This document shows, piece after piece, positions 19,255 through 29,717 of a stretch of DNA of 64,000 nucleotides. Numbering within the stretch: position 1 is the first letter of the stretch; each line of letters opens with the position of its first letter. Source of the DNA: Patescibacteria group bacterium (lineage in GTDB: Bacteria > Patescibacteriota > JACMRA01); the NCBI GenBank assembly GCA_038751365.1, contig JBCDGH010000001.1:2851-66850 (forward strand), written 5' to 3'. A model generated the notes under the pieces. It was given only the letters and a program-made list of their open reading frames with translations, had not been told where the DNA came from and did no database searches. The translations under genes were made by a program, and so were the position numbers.

Positions 19255-19737
19255 ATGAATAAAGTATTTTTAATAGGAAATCTTACCAAAGAACCAGAAG
19301 TTAGAGTTACAGGAACTGGCAAAAAAGTTGTTAATTTTAGTATTGCCGTCAATGAAGGTAAAGATATGAATGGGCAAGAAATAGTCCAGTATTTTAACAT
19401 GTCAGCTTGGGAGAGACTAGCTGATATTATAGAGCAATACGTTAAGAAGGGTACAAAAGTAGCAGTGGTAGGAAGACTTCAGAATAGAAGCTGGGACAAA
19501 CCAGATGGTACTAAAGGCTATGCTACTGATGTATCTGTGCGTGAATTAGAAATTTTGACTTCAAAAGCTGACTCAGAAAGGTTAGCTGCAGCAGCCCAAG
19601 CTACAAGTAGCAACTCGTCGAATCAACAAGCTACACCCACAAGTCAAGCTGATGATAAGACTGCAAATGAAACCAAAGCAGCTCTAGAAGTACCTGAGAT
19701 TGATGTAGACAGCATCAACGTACAAATGCCGTTTTAG
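19255..19737 (+). CDS. ssb: Single-stranded DNA-binding protein
   Basis: MNKVFLIGNLTKEPEVR...FSIAVN...QYFNMSAWERLADI..KKGTKVAVVGRLQNRSW (OB fold), low-complexity linker, acidic tip ending ..DSINVQMPF. Confidence 0.85.
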   Translation: MNKVFLIGNLTKEPEVRVTGTGKKVVNFSIAVNEGKDMNGQEIVQYFNMSAWERLADIIEQYVKKGTKVAVVGRLQNRSWDKPDGTKGYATDVSVRELEILTSKADSERLAAAAQATSSNSSNQQATPTSQADDKTANETKAALEVPEIDVDSINVQMPF

Positions 19738-19832
19738 TTAAATATTACTAAAATTGCTAAAAAATTTTGGACTAGAACCTATATTTGTACTATGATTCGT
19801 TTGCTTACATATCTTCAGACAGAGGTAAAAAA

Positions 19833-20174
19833 GTGAACAGAGATGATATTGTTATACAAAGTGCCTTAGTAGACGGTCAGCCTTTTACAGGTAAGTTTGA
19901 TGCAGAGACTTTAAAATTACTTCCCTATGAAGTTTTTGTGTCGGGTAGAGCAAATGACATAGCAGCTCGGATTGGGTGGTTATGCGGTCTGAAAGTAATG
20001 CGAGGAGAGACGAAGTGTAAGAGCGCAACAATCATTATCTTACTTAGAGGTAAGGAATTTGCGGCTAGATATACTCAGGAGAATAATGGATGGTATGGAA
20101 AATTCCTAAGTGAAGATGATAAAAAAGCTATAATGAAAAGAGTTCAAAAGAGAATTAAAGAAGAGGATATATAG
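19833..20174 (+). CDS. Hypothetical protein
   Basis: I prefer the GTG at 19833 because an AGAGGT SD-like sequence lies about 8 nt upstream. No recognised domain. Confidence 0.4.
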   Translation: MNRDDIVIQSALVDGQPFTGKFDAETLKLLPYEVFVSGRANDIAARIGWLCGLKVMRGETKCKSATIIILLRGKEFAARYTQENNGWYGKFLSEDDKKAIMKRVQKRIKEEDI

Positions 20175-20262
20175 CTATTGTTTTAAAGAATCAGTATAGT
20201 TCTTTCTTGCAAATTCTAAATCTTTTATCTAGCATTTCATTTGCATTCTAGAATGAATTATT

Positions 20263-20439
20263 ATGGAGAGTATCAGGAAACTCAGAAAAGTCTGTGTCCG
20301 TCTAAATCCATTTCTTTTTCTTATTGCTCTAGGCATTCTTCTTGCTGAGCTGGTTGGTATCTTCCAACCAATCCACCCGTGGATTGAAAGTATGACGTTT
20401 ATTGTATTCATACTTTCGGTTAGTATGCTAACAGACTAG
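20263..20439 (+). CDS. Unannotated 58-aa putative two-TM membrane peptide
   Basis: Hand translation: MESIRKLRKVCVRLNPFLFLIALGILLAELVGIFQPIHPWIESMTFIVFILSVSMLTD*. It is below the 60-aa ORF-track cutoff and more protein-like than the overlapping minus-strand ORF 20229..20411. Confidence 0.35.
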   Translation: MESIRKLRKVCVRLNPFLFLIALGILLAELVGIFQPIHPWIESMTFIVFILSVSMLTD

Positions 20440-20468
20440 TAAGCAAGGCCCTGTATCTAATTCAGGGT

Positions 20469-21662
20469 CTATTTTTTTATGTTTTTAACTAATTCTAAAC
20501 CTTTTGGGTTATTCTGAGCATATTGATATATTGGCTCGAACCAGTTGGCTAAAGTCCTAGCTACTCCGTTTTTAAGATCTAGTGGGTGTAAATTACTTGC
20601 AAAATAGTCTTTCTTTAGTTCAGAATAGCTAGTATATTCTTTATCTCCTCCAAATTTTTCTGGACGGTTTACAAACACATGTTTACCAGCAGGATAGATC
20701 AAATTTTCGCACCAATTCAGTATAGGGTTGTAAGTTTGTTCTTGTTCTATTTCTTCAAGACTTTGATCTTGTTTAGGTATTGGACAATAGGCTTTTTTCA
20801 GCTTTCTAGAGATTTCTTCGAAAGAGTCATGTACCCAAACAGCTGAGTCTGGCTTAGACTTACTCATTTTTAAGTCTTCAGTAATGTCTGCGGTCATTCT
20901 GTTTTGTACATCATTGGCACTTACTCCAAGGCTCAATAAAAGCTTATGATGTATAGCTATAGGCTTTATGTTTGCCTGACCAATTTTTATTCCAAAGTCT
21001 TCATTCATACTAGGAGCTATCTCGCGCATTAACACATGACATTTCCTTTGATCGAGACCGGCATGTACAAGATGTGACTGCAAGAAAAAAGCATCTGCTA
21101 CCTGCATTACTGGATAGCATAAAATACCAAATTCTACCGACTCTCCCTCTTTTTTCCCGGCTACAGTAACTGATTTATTAACTCTGGACAGGCTAAGGTT
21201 TCTGGCAGCTTTTATCATATAATCTAGATATCTTTGTCCTTTAGAATCTCCTCTAAAGTATTCTGAGTTAGCGTCTAGGAAGTCGATTTGATCTACATTA
21301 CAGCCCACTACTCTGCAACACTCAATAAATATTGGTTTGAAATACTGCTCTGCGACCCTATGGATGGTTTCCATTTGACCATCTAGTTTGTTGTTCAACC
21401 AAGTGTGATAGTTAGCTAACCAAATTGTACATTTTACTCCAGCTTCCTGTAATTTTTTGATTTTTAGGGCTGTTACTATGCCAGTACCCAAATGTATCTG
21501 TCCGCTAATCTCAAAACCAATATAATGCCTTATTTCTTGTTTAGACTGGTTGGATTGCACTATCAGAACCTGCAATTCTGCATCAAGCTGTTGTTCATTC
21601 GAAGGTAGTATTTCTACGGTATTAAATTTAATCGCATCCTTCAGTTTTTGGAGATCATACAT
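20469..21662 (-). CDS. tyrS: Tyrosyl-tRNA synthetase, archaeal/eukaryotic type
   Basis: [15 protein letters not shown] (HIGH region), KMSKSKPDS, and a C-terminus [36 protein letters not shown]. The C-terminus is nearly collinear with M. jannaschii TyrRS [36 protein letters not shown]. Confidence 0.85.
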   Translation of the reverse strand: [397 protein letters not shown]

Positions 21663-21669
21663 ACAACAT

Positions 21670-22662
21670 TTACAAAACTTCTACGGACTCTATTCTAACA
21701 TCTTTACTAGGTCTAGTTAAGCCTGGGCTATCATCACTTTCTACAGGGTCAACTTGGTCTGAAATATAATCTAACACCTCGAAATCAGAATCATCAACTA
21801 CTCCAAATACAGTATAATCTGCTGGTAGCTGGGTGTCTTCAAGAGTAATGAAGAATTGGCTGCTCGCCGAATCAGGGCTGTTAGTTTTTGCCATTAGAAT
21901 AAGACCCTTTCTGTAAGTGACATTACCGGTTTCTTTGTCAAAATTTTCATAAAGGCTCGGTGCTCTGAATTCAGGCTCATTTATAATTTCTGAGCTACCA
22001 GCTTCTGCATCGGAACTTACTTCTGGTTCAATTATCCAAAGTTCGTCTACTAAGGGTTCTCCTGTGGCTGTCTCTCCTCCACTACCATTTCCACTAGGAT
22101 CACCACCTTGAATTACTGCAAAATTTTCTTGCTCAACTATTCTATGGAAAAGCATATTGTCGTAATAGTCACGATAAGCAAGTCTAACAAAGTTTTCGAC
22201 TGTTTCTGGAGCCCATTCTTTTTCCATGCTGATCTGTAACTTTCTTTCTTCTTGATCGTCTATAGAAATAGCCATTTCCACTTCAAACTCATTTCTTGAG
22301 TCCAAATCTAGTTCAGCAGATTCTTGAGCTAATCTGTCTTGATTTTCTTCTCTACTCCTAGCTTGTTCTGCCTCTACCTCTTTTTGCTCTCTAGCAGCCT
22401 TTGCCTCATCAGTTTGATCCGTAATGTAAGGGATTAAGACTAAACTAATACTGAAAGTAACCGCAATTGCTACAAAAGCTGATATTAGGGCGACTAGCTG
22501 ACTTGGTTTTATCCACTTTCTAGATTTCGAATCATTAGTAACGTTGTTAATGTTGACTTCAGGTTCAGAAGTTGCTGAATCAATGGGAGGAAGCTCTACC
22601 ACTGTCTTTTTCTTTTTGGAAACAGTTTTCTTTAATTTATTTGACATAAACTGGTTTGACAA
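21670..22662 (-). CDS. Membrane-anchored cyclophilin-type peptidyl-prolyl isomerase
   Basis: TM helix (VALISAFVAIAVTFSISLVLIPY), charged coiled segment, then APETVENFVRLA..FHRIV..FAVIQGGDP.G.G.GG...LILMAKT..DSASSQFFITL. Confidence 0.8.
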   Translation of the reverse strand: MSNQFMSNKLKKTVSKKKKTVVELPPIDSATSEPEVNINNVTNDSKSRKWIKPSQLVALISAFVAIAVTFSISLVLIPYITDQTDEAKAAREQKEVEAEQARSREENQDRLAQESAELDLDSRNEFEVEMAISIDDQEERKLQISMEKEWAPETVENFVRLAYRDYYDNMLFHRIVEQENFAVIQGGDPSGNGSGGETATGEPLVDELWIIEPEVSSDAEAGSSEIINEPEFRAPSLYENFDKETGNVTYRKGLILMAKTNSPDSASSQFFITLEDTQLPADYTVFGVVDDSDFEVLDYISDQVDPVESDDSPGLTRPSKDVRIESVEVL

Positions 22663-22860
22663 TAATACCTTGAGGCAATATTATTCCTACGAGTTCGTCA
22701 AGGGCTTTATATTAGTGTACACACAATACTAAATTATAACCTGTATAGGTTAAGATGTAAATGCAGAGTAAACATCAAAGAGTCCGTTAGTGTTTATATA
22801 AAATATAGTTATTTTCAAAATTATTTTCTTATAGCCTGAAAAAAGTTAATTCGTTTACTC

Positions 22861-25059
22861 ATGCCAAAAAAAACTATAGCCGAAACCCTAAAATCTAATT
22901 CCAAACCTAATGATAATATCAAGAAAGGCACTAAGAAGTCTTCTGCAGAAAGAAAAAGGTTAACTATTGGATCAGCCAAGGTTTCAAAAGCCAGAGTCCC
23001 CAAAATTACAAAAATTTTTAAGAACAAGCCTACTACCGAAAACACCAACTCTCTTCGTAGGAAAAGTAAGCCAGAAGATCAAAAGACTCGTGATACCGAG
23101 CGCAAAGAAGGTAAAAAAGGTGATTTTCTAGACTCTCCAAGAGAAGCCAAACCGAACGAACTTGTCACTCGTAAAGGTATTCTTGGGTTAAATCTAGTAT
23201 CAACTGCTGATTTGAATAGGAAAATTGCTCTTGATGATAATTCTATTGAGCAAAGAGGTAGTCGAAGGTACAGAGTTACTGAAGACGGAGTCCGTATCAA
23301 AATGAAAAAAGTCACCAAGCAAAGGACTAATAAGAATCATGGTAAGACTTTGAAAAAATTTATCGAGAATGACAGCTCACTCTACAGTGTGTTTCAATCA
23401 CAACCAGTTTCTTTTCAGTCAAAAGTTGTGGAAATGATTAAGCAGGGTATAACCCGTGGCTTTGTGACAGAGGATGAAATCTTGTATATCCTTCCTTTAC
23501 CTGAGGAAAATATCGATCTCCTAGAAGATATCATGGACTTGTGTGAAGATAGCGGTGCTCCTATCAGTTTTGATAACACTTTAGACAACTTATGGAGTGT
23601 GCTTGAAGATGAAGAAGAGCTTAAGAGGCAGGAGCGTGAACTAGCAGAAAAGCTAACTGGAAGTTTGGCTGGTGATGTAGGAGGTGAGGAGTTAAAAGAT
23701 GACGCTGTTCAGAATTATATTCGAGATATATCTAGATACCCTCTTTTGAATAAAGAAGAAGAGGTAGAGCTCTCAAAGCGTATTGAACAGGGTGATCAAG
23801 CAGCTAAAAGAGAATTAAACAATGCTAATTTGAGATTAGTAGTTCATGCAGCCAAAAAATACATGGGTCGCAATTTGGCTTTTCTTGATTTGATTCAAGA
23901 GGGTAATATTGGTTTGCTTAGAGCTGTAGAAAAGTTTGATTGGCGTAGAGGTTATAAGTTTTCTACTTATGCTAGTTATTGGATTGAGCAAAGTATTAGA
24001 AGAGCCCTTGCTGATCAGAGTAGACCAGTGCGCTTACCGGTACACGTTGAAGAGAAGTTGAATCGTTATCGTAGAGAAAAAAGAATGCTGATTGACGAGC
24101 TAGGTAGGGAACCTACAGATGATGAATTAGCAGATAAATTGGAGGTAGATTTAGATACTATATTTTATTTTAAGCGTATCAGTCAGGATACAGTGTCTAT
24201 TGATACTATGGTTGGTTTTTCCGAAGATAGTGACACTCAGCTAGTTGAGATGATTGAAGACGAAGCTACTGCCCAGCCCGTTGACGAAGCTTCAAATAGA
24301 GTCCTGAGAAGTCATATTATTCGTATTATCGATGATTGTCTGGAACCAAGAGAAAAGAAAGTTATTTTACTTAGGTTTGGTCTTGATGGTACAGGTATTG
24401 CCCACACCCTTGAAGAAATAGGAGAGGTGTTTAATGTCACACGTGAAAGAGTTAGGCAGATCGAAGAAGTTGCCTTGAACAAAGTTCGTCAACACGTAGA
24501 CAGTTTTAAGTTAGTTGACTTTTTGGAAGGTTTGAATCCACAGACTTTTGCACCGAGTAGTTTTAGAAGAGATGAAGGTAAAATTACTGATGTACCACTT
24601 AATAAGAAAATTAATATTGAGAATGTAATCGAGATTGTTACTAATCAGATAATATCAAAGACATGTAGCTTGTACTTCTTGAGAGGTGAAATGGGTGCAG
24701 GCAAGACTACCTTAGTCCAAGAAATCTGCAAAAAATTAGGTACTTCGACTCAAGCTTCATCACCGACCTTTTCTCTGCTGCAAAAATACCAATTGAAGAA
24801 GTCGTCTCAAGCAGCCAAAGCAGGAAACTATGACGAAGTAGCTCACATGGATTTGCATCGCCTAAAGTCTGTTACAGAAGTTGATCTTGGTTGGATTGAG
24901 GAAGAGATGGTTAACGTTGGTAATATTGTGTTTGTTGAGTGGCCCGAGAAGCTTCTAAAGAAGCAAGCTTTCATCCAATTTATGGGTAGAAAGTATCTCA
25001 TTATTGAATGTAAAATCGGTAAGAAAAAAGACCATTACTTTAGAATTAGAGAGAATTAG
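22861..25059 (+). CDS. rpoD: Primary-type sigma-70 factor (RpoD-like) with basic N-terminal extension, fused in frame to a C-terminal TsaE/YjeE P-loop domain
   Basis: Sigma regions: [79 protein letters not shown]. Then, from about 24628: [43 protein letters not shown] (TsaE signatures). Confidence 0.85.
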   Translation: MPKKTIAETLKSNSKPNDNIKKGTKKSSAERKRLTIGSAKVSKARVPKITKIFKNKPTTENTNSLRRKSKPEDQKTRDTERKEGKKGDFLDSPREAKPNELVTRKGILGLNLVSTADLNRKIALDDNSIEQRGSRRYRVTEDGVRIKMKKVTKQRTNKNHGKTLKKFIENDSSLYSVFQSQPVSFQSKVVEMIKQGITRGFVTEDEILYILPLPEENIDLLEDIMDLCEDSGAPISFDNTLDNLWSVLEDEEELKRQERELAEKLTGSLAGDVGGEELKDDAVQNYIRDISRYPLLNKEEEVELSKRIEQGDQAAKRELNNANLRLVVHAAKKYMGRNLAFLDLIQEGNIGLLRAVEKFDWRRGYKFSTYASYWIEQSIRRALADQSRPVRLPVHVEEKLNRYRREKRMLIDELGREPTDDELADKLEVDLDTIFYFKRISQDTVSIDTMVGFSEDSDTQLVEMIEDEATAQPVDEASNRVLRSHIIRIIDDCLEPREKKVILLRFGLDGTGIAHTLEEIGEVFNVTRERVRQIEEVALNKVRQHVDSFKLVDFLEGLNPQTFAPSSFRRDEGKITDVPLNKKINIENVIEIVTNQIISKTCSLYFLRGEMGAGKTTLVQEICKKLGTSTQASSPTFSLLQKYQLKKSSQAAKAGNYDEVAHMDLHRLKSVTEVDLGWIEEEMVNVGNIVFVEWPEKLLKKQAFIQFMGRKYLIIECKIGKKKDHYFRIREN

Positions 25060-25065
25060 CAAACT

Positions 25066-26196
25066 ATGAATGTTTTAGTGTATTATGCTCCATTCGGTGG
25101 TGGGCATAAGGCAGCATCTAAAATTTTACTTGAGATAGCCAGTCAGTGTAAAGCAAACAATTTACAGCTTAAAGAGTTTGATATTACTCAAAATACTGGT
25201 ATAGTCACTAGCTTAATTTCTTTGTTTTATAGAGGTGTAGCTACTAAGTACACTAGGTTATGGGCGATCACGTTTTACCTTACTCAAAATAGGCTAGTTA
25301 TTAATGTGCTACAACTACTATTAGCTATAAAGCTAATACCTGGAATTACAGACGCCCTAAAAAAACATAAGCCAGATTTGATTATTACTACGTACTTTAT
25401 TGGCTGGTTTTTGAAGCATGCTAGTAAGCTAATGGGTTCAAATATCAAAATCATCACTTTAGTTACTGACCCTTTTGACGTTCATCCAGTATGGATAAAT
25501 AGCTCAAGTGATATGTATATTTTTGAGAGTCAAAAAGCCTTTGCAGAAGGTTGCAAATTAGGACTATCTGAGTCTACAGCTCGTATTATTAGTCCGTTAG
25601 TAAAGAGTCAGTTTAGTAGAATACCTAAAGCTGCTAATATCACAAAGTATAAAGAGAGCTTTGATTTGCAGAATAATTATAGAACAATTTTATTAGTGGG
25701 CGGTGCAGAGGGGCTTAAAGACGGAGATAGAATCATGATAGAATTAATTAAACGCTATCAGAATGTAAATATAGTAGTAGTATGTGGTAAGAATCAGGTT
25801 TATAGGGAAAAATGTGATAGCATAAAAGCTAGTTACTTCGCTACTAACGTATTAGTAATTGGTTATAGTACTCAGATGTATGAATTGATGAGTATAGCAG
25901 ATCTTGTTATTACAAAAGCTGGTCCTGGAATTATATTCGAAGCTGTGAGTTTAAGAAAGCCAATTTTGGTTAGTAGTTATTTGTGGAGACAGGAGCTAGG
26001 TGTAAAGGAGTATATCGTTGAGAATAGCTTGGGGTATTATACTCCTGACATTTCGCAACTACTTCAAAAAGTAGATTTAGTTTTGTCCAACCAGCATGAA
26101 CGACAAAAAATTCAAAGTGCTTACTCTGATCTTAATTTTCAACCTGGTAATAAACAAATGGAAGCTATACTCGAGGATCTAAGTACAGATTATTAG
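25066..26196 (+). CDS. MGDG-synthase/UgtP-like glycosyltransferase (GT28 family)
   Basis: MNVLVYYAPFGGGHKAAS N-terminal motif and C-terminal ITKAGPGIIFEAVSLRKPILV. Confidence 0.65.
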   Translation: MNVLVYYAPFGGGHKAASKILLEIASQCKANNLQLKEFDITQNTGIVTSLISLFYRGVATKYTRLWAITFYLTQNRLVINVLQLLLAIKLIPGITDALKKHKPDLIITTYFIGWFLKHASKLMGSNIKIITLVTDPFDVHPVWINSSSDMYIFESQKAFAEGCKLGLSESTARIISPLVKSQFSRIPKAANITKYKESFDLQNNYRTILLVGGAEGLKDGDRIMIELIKRYQNVNIVVVCGKNQVYREKCDSIKASYFATNVLVIGYSTQMYELMSIADLVITKAGPGIIFEAVSLRKPILVSSYLWRQELGVKEYIVENSLGYYTPDISQLLQKVDLVLSNQHERQKIQSAYSDLNFQPGNKQMEAILEDLSTDY

Positions 26197-26249
26197 CAAC
26201 CTAAATTCTCTCTTGCCAAAAAAAGAAAAATAATTTAAATTTATATTGT

Positions 26250-26278
26250 TTGACATTTTGCCATACTCAGAATATTCA
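26250..26278 (+). promoter_or_regulatory. Candidate sigma-70 promoter for the clpC-like gene (TTGACA-N17-TATTCA)
   Basis: The -35 box is at 26250-26255 and the -10 box at 26273-26278, about 40 nt upstream of the ATG at 26318. Confidence 0.35.
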
Positions 26279-26317
26279 TGGCACAGTATTCAACATTGAA
26301 ATCAAAGGAAATTAAAT

Positions 26318-28825
26318 ATGTCAGCTTTACCAAAATTCGATAACCGTGCAAAAAACGCTTTAGCTGTCGCTCAGCAGATAGCTATCCAGCTAGGTCACAA
26401 CTATATAGGTAGTGAGCATTTACTTTTTGGCATTTTATCACAACCACAAGACGGTCTCCCTTTTCAAATGGCATTTATAGATAATGTCTCCAACCAAGAA
26501 TTGTTAGAGATTATAAAAAAGCAAGGTATGGAAAAGACTGGTGACTCTAAAAAATCTACACAAGGTAAACACGTGTTGCTACCTGAAATTACTGATGAAC
26601 TACAACTTTGTTTAGATAATGCTATTAAAATTGCTGAAAGCTTTAGCTATAATTATATCGGTATCGAGCATCTGATATTCGGAATTCTGGAAACCTCAGA
26701 CTCAAATGGTCAAAAGCTTATGAATCTTACTGATTCAAGTAGTAAAAAGCTTAAAGATATTCTGAATTCCATATTTAATTCTTACAATCAAGGAGCAAAG
26801 AGTGATGATCCTAAGTTTAGCGGCAAGCAATCCAAAAGCAAAAAACAAAACTCAGCCTTGGAGTATTTCACGATTAATTTGAACCAGAAGATTGCTAACG
26901 AAACTGACTTTAGTATCATTGAAAGAGAGAAAGAGGTAGATAGGATGATACATATACTTAGTCGAAAAAATAAAAATAATCCAATTATTATTGGCGAGCC
27001 AGGAGTGGGCAAGACTGCTTTAGTTGAGGGCTTAGCTAAAAGGATCAATTCCCGTAAAGTTCCTGAATGGCTTTTGGATAAGAAAATTCTAAGCCTGGAT
27101 GTAGGTAGCCTGGTTGCAGGTTCAGTGTTTAGGGGTGAGTTTGAACAAAGAATTAAAGCTATTCTTGAAGAAGTGGTAGAGGCAAAAGATGTAATACTTT
27201 TTATAGATGAATTACATACAGTAATTGGAGCCGGTGGTAGCGGAAACCATTCAGGACCAGAAATGGCAAATATTCTTAAACCTTCTCTTGCTAGAGGTGA
27301 AATAAGTGTGATTGGAGCTACTACTGAAGATGACTTTAGAAGTTCAATAAAGAAAGATAAGGCTTTTGAAAGGCGTTTTCAGCCTGTAAGAGTGGAAGAG
27401 CCAGATCTTAGTCAAACAGTCAATATTCTTAAAGGTGTAAAAGTGATGTATGAAAATTATCATAACACTTTATTTCCTGACGAGCTCTTGCCTACCTTAG
27501 TTGAACTAGCTGACAGATTCATGCCTGAAAGACATTTTCCAGATAAAGCAATTGATTTATTGGATGAGACTTTAGTCAGATGTAGAGTTGTTGCTAATCA
27601 ACAGGTTACTGGAAATAAGAAAAGCGAAAAAAACTGGTCTGAGATAGAAAAACAAATCCTAGACCTAATTAAACAAAAAAATGAGGCTATATTAAACCAT
27701 AATTTGGAATTGACTCAAAAGTTTGAAGAAGATCAAAAGAAATTAGAAGAAGAGCTGGCTGTATTGAACGTCAAGAACAAAGAGTCAAAAAAAGCTAGTC
27801 TAGCTACTAAAGAAATGCTTGAAAAGGTTGTCTCGGAGATGTCAGGCGTGCCCATAGTGCGAATTAGCTCAAATATTTATACTCAAATTAAATCACTCAA
27901 AGATAGTTTAGACAGACAAATTTTTGGTCAAGACGAAGCTACTACGGAGATTACCAGTGCTCTGAAGCGGGCTTATTCTGGGGTGAATGTTAATAAAGGT
28001 CCTATAGCTAGTTTTTTACTATTGGGTCCTACGGGAGTGGGTAAAACTGAGATTGTTAAAGTACTGACCTCTGAGCTCTATGGTGATCCCAACAAATACC
28101 TGTTAAAGCTTGATATGAGCGAGTTTAGAGAAAAACATCAAATGTCTAGATTGCTTGGAGCTCCTGCAGGCTATGTTGGTTACGAAGACGCACCTCAGCT
28201 TACTGAGTTTTTAAGGAAGAAACCTTATTCAGTTATTTTGTTTGATGAAATAGAGAAAGGTAATCCAGAAAATCTGAATATATTACTACAAATGCTTGAA
28301 GAGGGTCAGATTACCGACGCAAAGGGAAATAAAGTTAGTTGTGAACATGCCTTGATTTTTATGACTTCTAATTTGGGTAAAAATCAACTCAATAAATTTG
28401 CTTCAAAGCTAGGATATGTAGACTTAGTGGATGAATCAGAAGCTACTTATGAGTCTCTAAAAAAGCAGGTTTTAGAGCAGGTGGAAAAGTCAATTAAACC
28501 TGAGGTATTAGGTAGGTTGACAGGTAAAATAGTATTCAGACCTATAAGCAAAACTATCTTAAGGCAGATTATTTATAAAGAGTTAAATCTTTTACAGAAG
28601 CACTTGCTGACTCAATCACGCAGTGTTAGCTTTAAAGAAGAGGTGGCAACCCATCTAATCGAAATTGCTAGTGAGAAACTGGAGTATGGAGCAAGAGAAG
28701 TAAAAGCTTTAATTGCTAGAAATGTACAAGACCCAATAGCTGAATTTTTACTTGATAACCCAAAATCTACCAACTTCGAAGTCAGCGTCAAGGACAAGTC
28801 TGTAAAGGTTAGAAATAAGAGATAG
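26318..28825 (+). CDS. Class III Hsp100 AAA+ ATPase (ClpC/ClpB-like, short middle domain)
   Basis: Two Clp_N repeats; Walker A GEPGVGKTA and GPTGVGKTE; FIDELHT; RFQPV; LLFDEIEK; a coiled middle region of about 70 aa. Confidence 0.85.
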   Translation: MSALPKFDNRAKNALAVAQQIAIQLGHNYIGSEHLLFGILSQPQDGLPFQMAFIDNVSNQELLEIIKKQGMEKTGDSKKSTQGKHVLLPEITDELQLCLDNAIKIAESFSYNYIGIEHLIFGILETSDSNGQKLMNLTDSSSKKLKDILNSIFNSYNQGAKSDDPKFSGKQSKSKKQNSALEYFTINLNQKIANETDFSIIEREKEVDRMIHILSRKNKNNPIIIGEPGVGKTALVEGLAKRINSRKVPEWLLDKKILSLDVGSLVAGSVFRGEFEQRIKAILEEVVEAKDVILFIDELHTVIGAGGSGNHSGPEMANILKPSLARGEISVIGATTEDDFRSSIKKDKAFERRFQPVRVEEPDLSQTVNILKGVKVMYENYHNTLFPDELLPTLVELADRFMPERHFPDKAIDLLDETLVRCRVVANQQVTGNKKSEKNWSEIEKQILDLIKQKNEAILNHNLELTQKFEEDQKKLEEELAVLNVKNKESKKASLATKEMLEKVVSEMSGVPIVRISSNIYTQIKSLKDSLDRQIFGQDEATTEITSALKRAYSGVNVNKGPIASFLLLGPTGVGKTEIVKVLTSELYGDPNKYLLKLDMSEFREKHQMSRLLGAPAGYVGYEDAPQLTEFLRKKPYSVILFDEIEKGNPENLNILLQMLEEGQITDAKGNKVSCEHALIFMTSNLGKNQLNKFASKLGYVDLVDESEATYESLKKQVLEQVEKSIKPEVLGRLTGKIVFRPISKTILRQIIYKELNLLQKHLLTQSRSVSFKEEVATHLIEIASEKLEYGAREVKALIARNVQDPIAEFLLDNPKSTNFEVSVKDKSVKVRNKR

Positions 28826-28981
28826 GTACTTCGAAAGTATAATTTTATCTAATACTACGAATAACTATACCCACACACTCTATATACTTTAAATATATCA
28901 AGATTTTAGGTTATTTGCCTATAAACTTTTTCTGATATATACTAACCAAAACATAAGCAAACAAAGATAAAAACTATAATT

Positions 28982-29704
28982 ATGTTTAGTCTATTCAGCA
29001 AAAGTAAGGAAGACAAAGACGACCTTCCTGAAGCTATTACTCAACCAGAATCTACAGAAAATGACTGGAACAAAAACTTGTCTTGGTCTGGTGAGGATTC
29101 TAAGAAAGTCTATGTTGGCAATTACGCTAAAGATGCAGATCATGAGCAAATCACTGCTTCAGCTAACCTAGCATCTAACTCTAGTCGTATTTATACTACA
29201 TTACCAAAAGATGACACAAATTTAGTCATTTTGGTTAAGAAGATGGAGAATTTTCCCAAGCCGGAAGATATTTCTAGAAAGAGAGAGTATTATAATACAA
29301 ATGTGAAAAAATTAGAACAGGCTAAAAAAGCTCTAGTAGCTCTAATGCATGGTATGCATGATTCGAACGCCTCACTTACACTGGCATACACTACAATTGA
29401 TTCTGATTTGAGACACGCAATTGTCGAAGAAAGAAGCTTTGAGGCTAAGCTAAAAATGGAAGCGCAATCAATTGAAGATCTGATCGATCTGTTTAAAAGT
29501 AGTTCAGACTATTCCAAAGTGCTACATTTAGCAAAGATGTACGGCTTTGAAGTAAAACAAGACATTTCTACAAGCAGCTCCTCTTCAACTGCCGAAAAAA
29601 GAAAGCCAAAATCGCTATCTACGGAATCAGCTGAAATACTTAAGCAGGATTTTACAGATAATATTAACGTTAAAGTTAAGAAAAAACCTCTCGTAGCACA
29701 CTAA
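28982..29704 (+). CDS. Hypothetical protein (N-terminus MFSLFSKSKEDK)
   Basis: ORF with no recognised domain; first gene of a same-strand block following clpC. Confidence 0.5.
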   Translation: MFSLFSKSKEDKDDLPEAITQPESTENDWNKNLSWSGEDSKKVYVGNYAKDADHEQITASANLASNSSRIYTTLPKDDTNLVILVKKMENFPKPEDISRKREYYNTNVKKLEQAKKALVALMHGMHDSNASLTLAYTTIDSDLRHAIVEERSFEAKLKMEAQSIEDLIDLFKSSSDYSKVLHLAKMYGFEVKQDISTSSSSSTAEKRKPKSLSTESAEILKQDFTDNINVKVKKKPLVAH

Positions 29705-29717
29705 ACTAGTCTAAATT

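Noticed and set aside
20229-20411. 60-aa minus-strand ORF from the ORF track
   Set aside because: A plus-strand ATG ORF (20263..20439) with two clean TM helices explains the region better.
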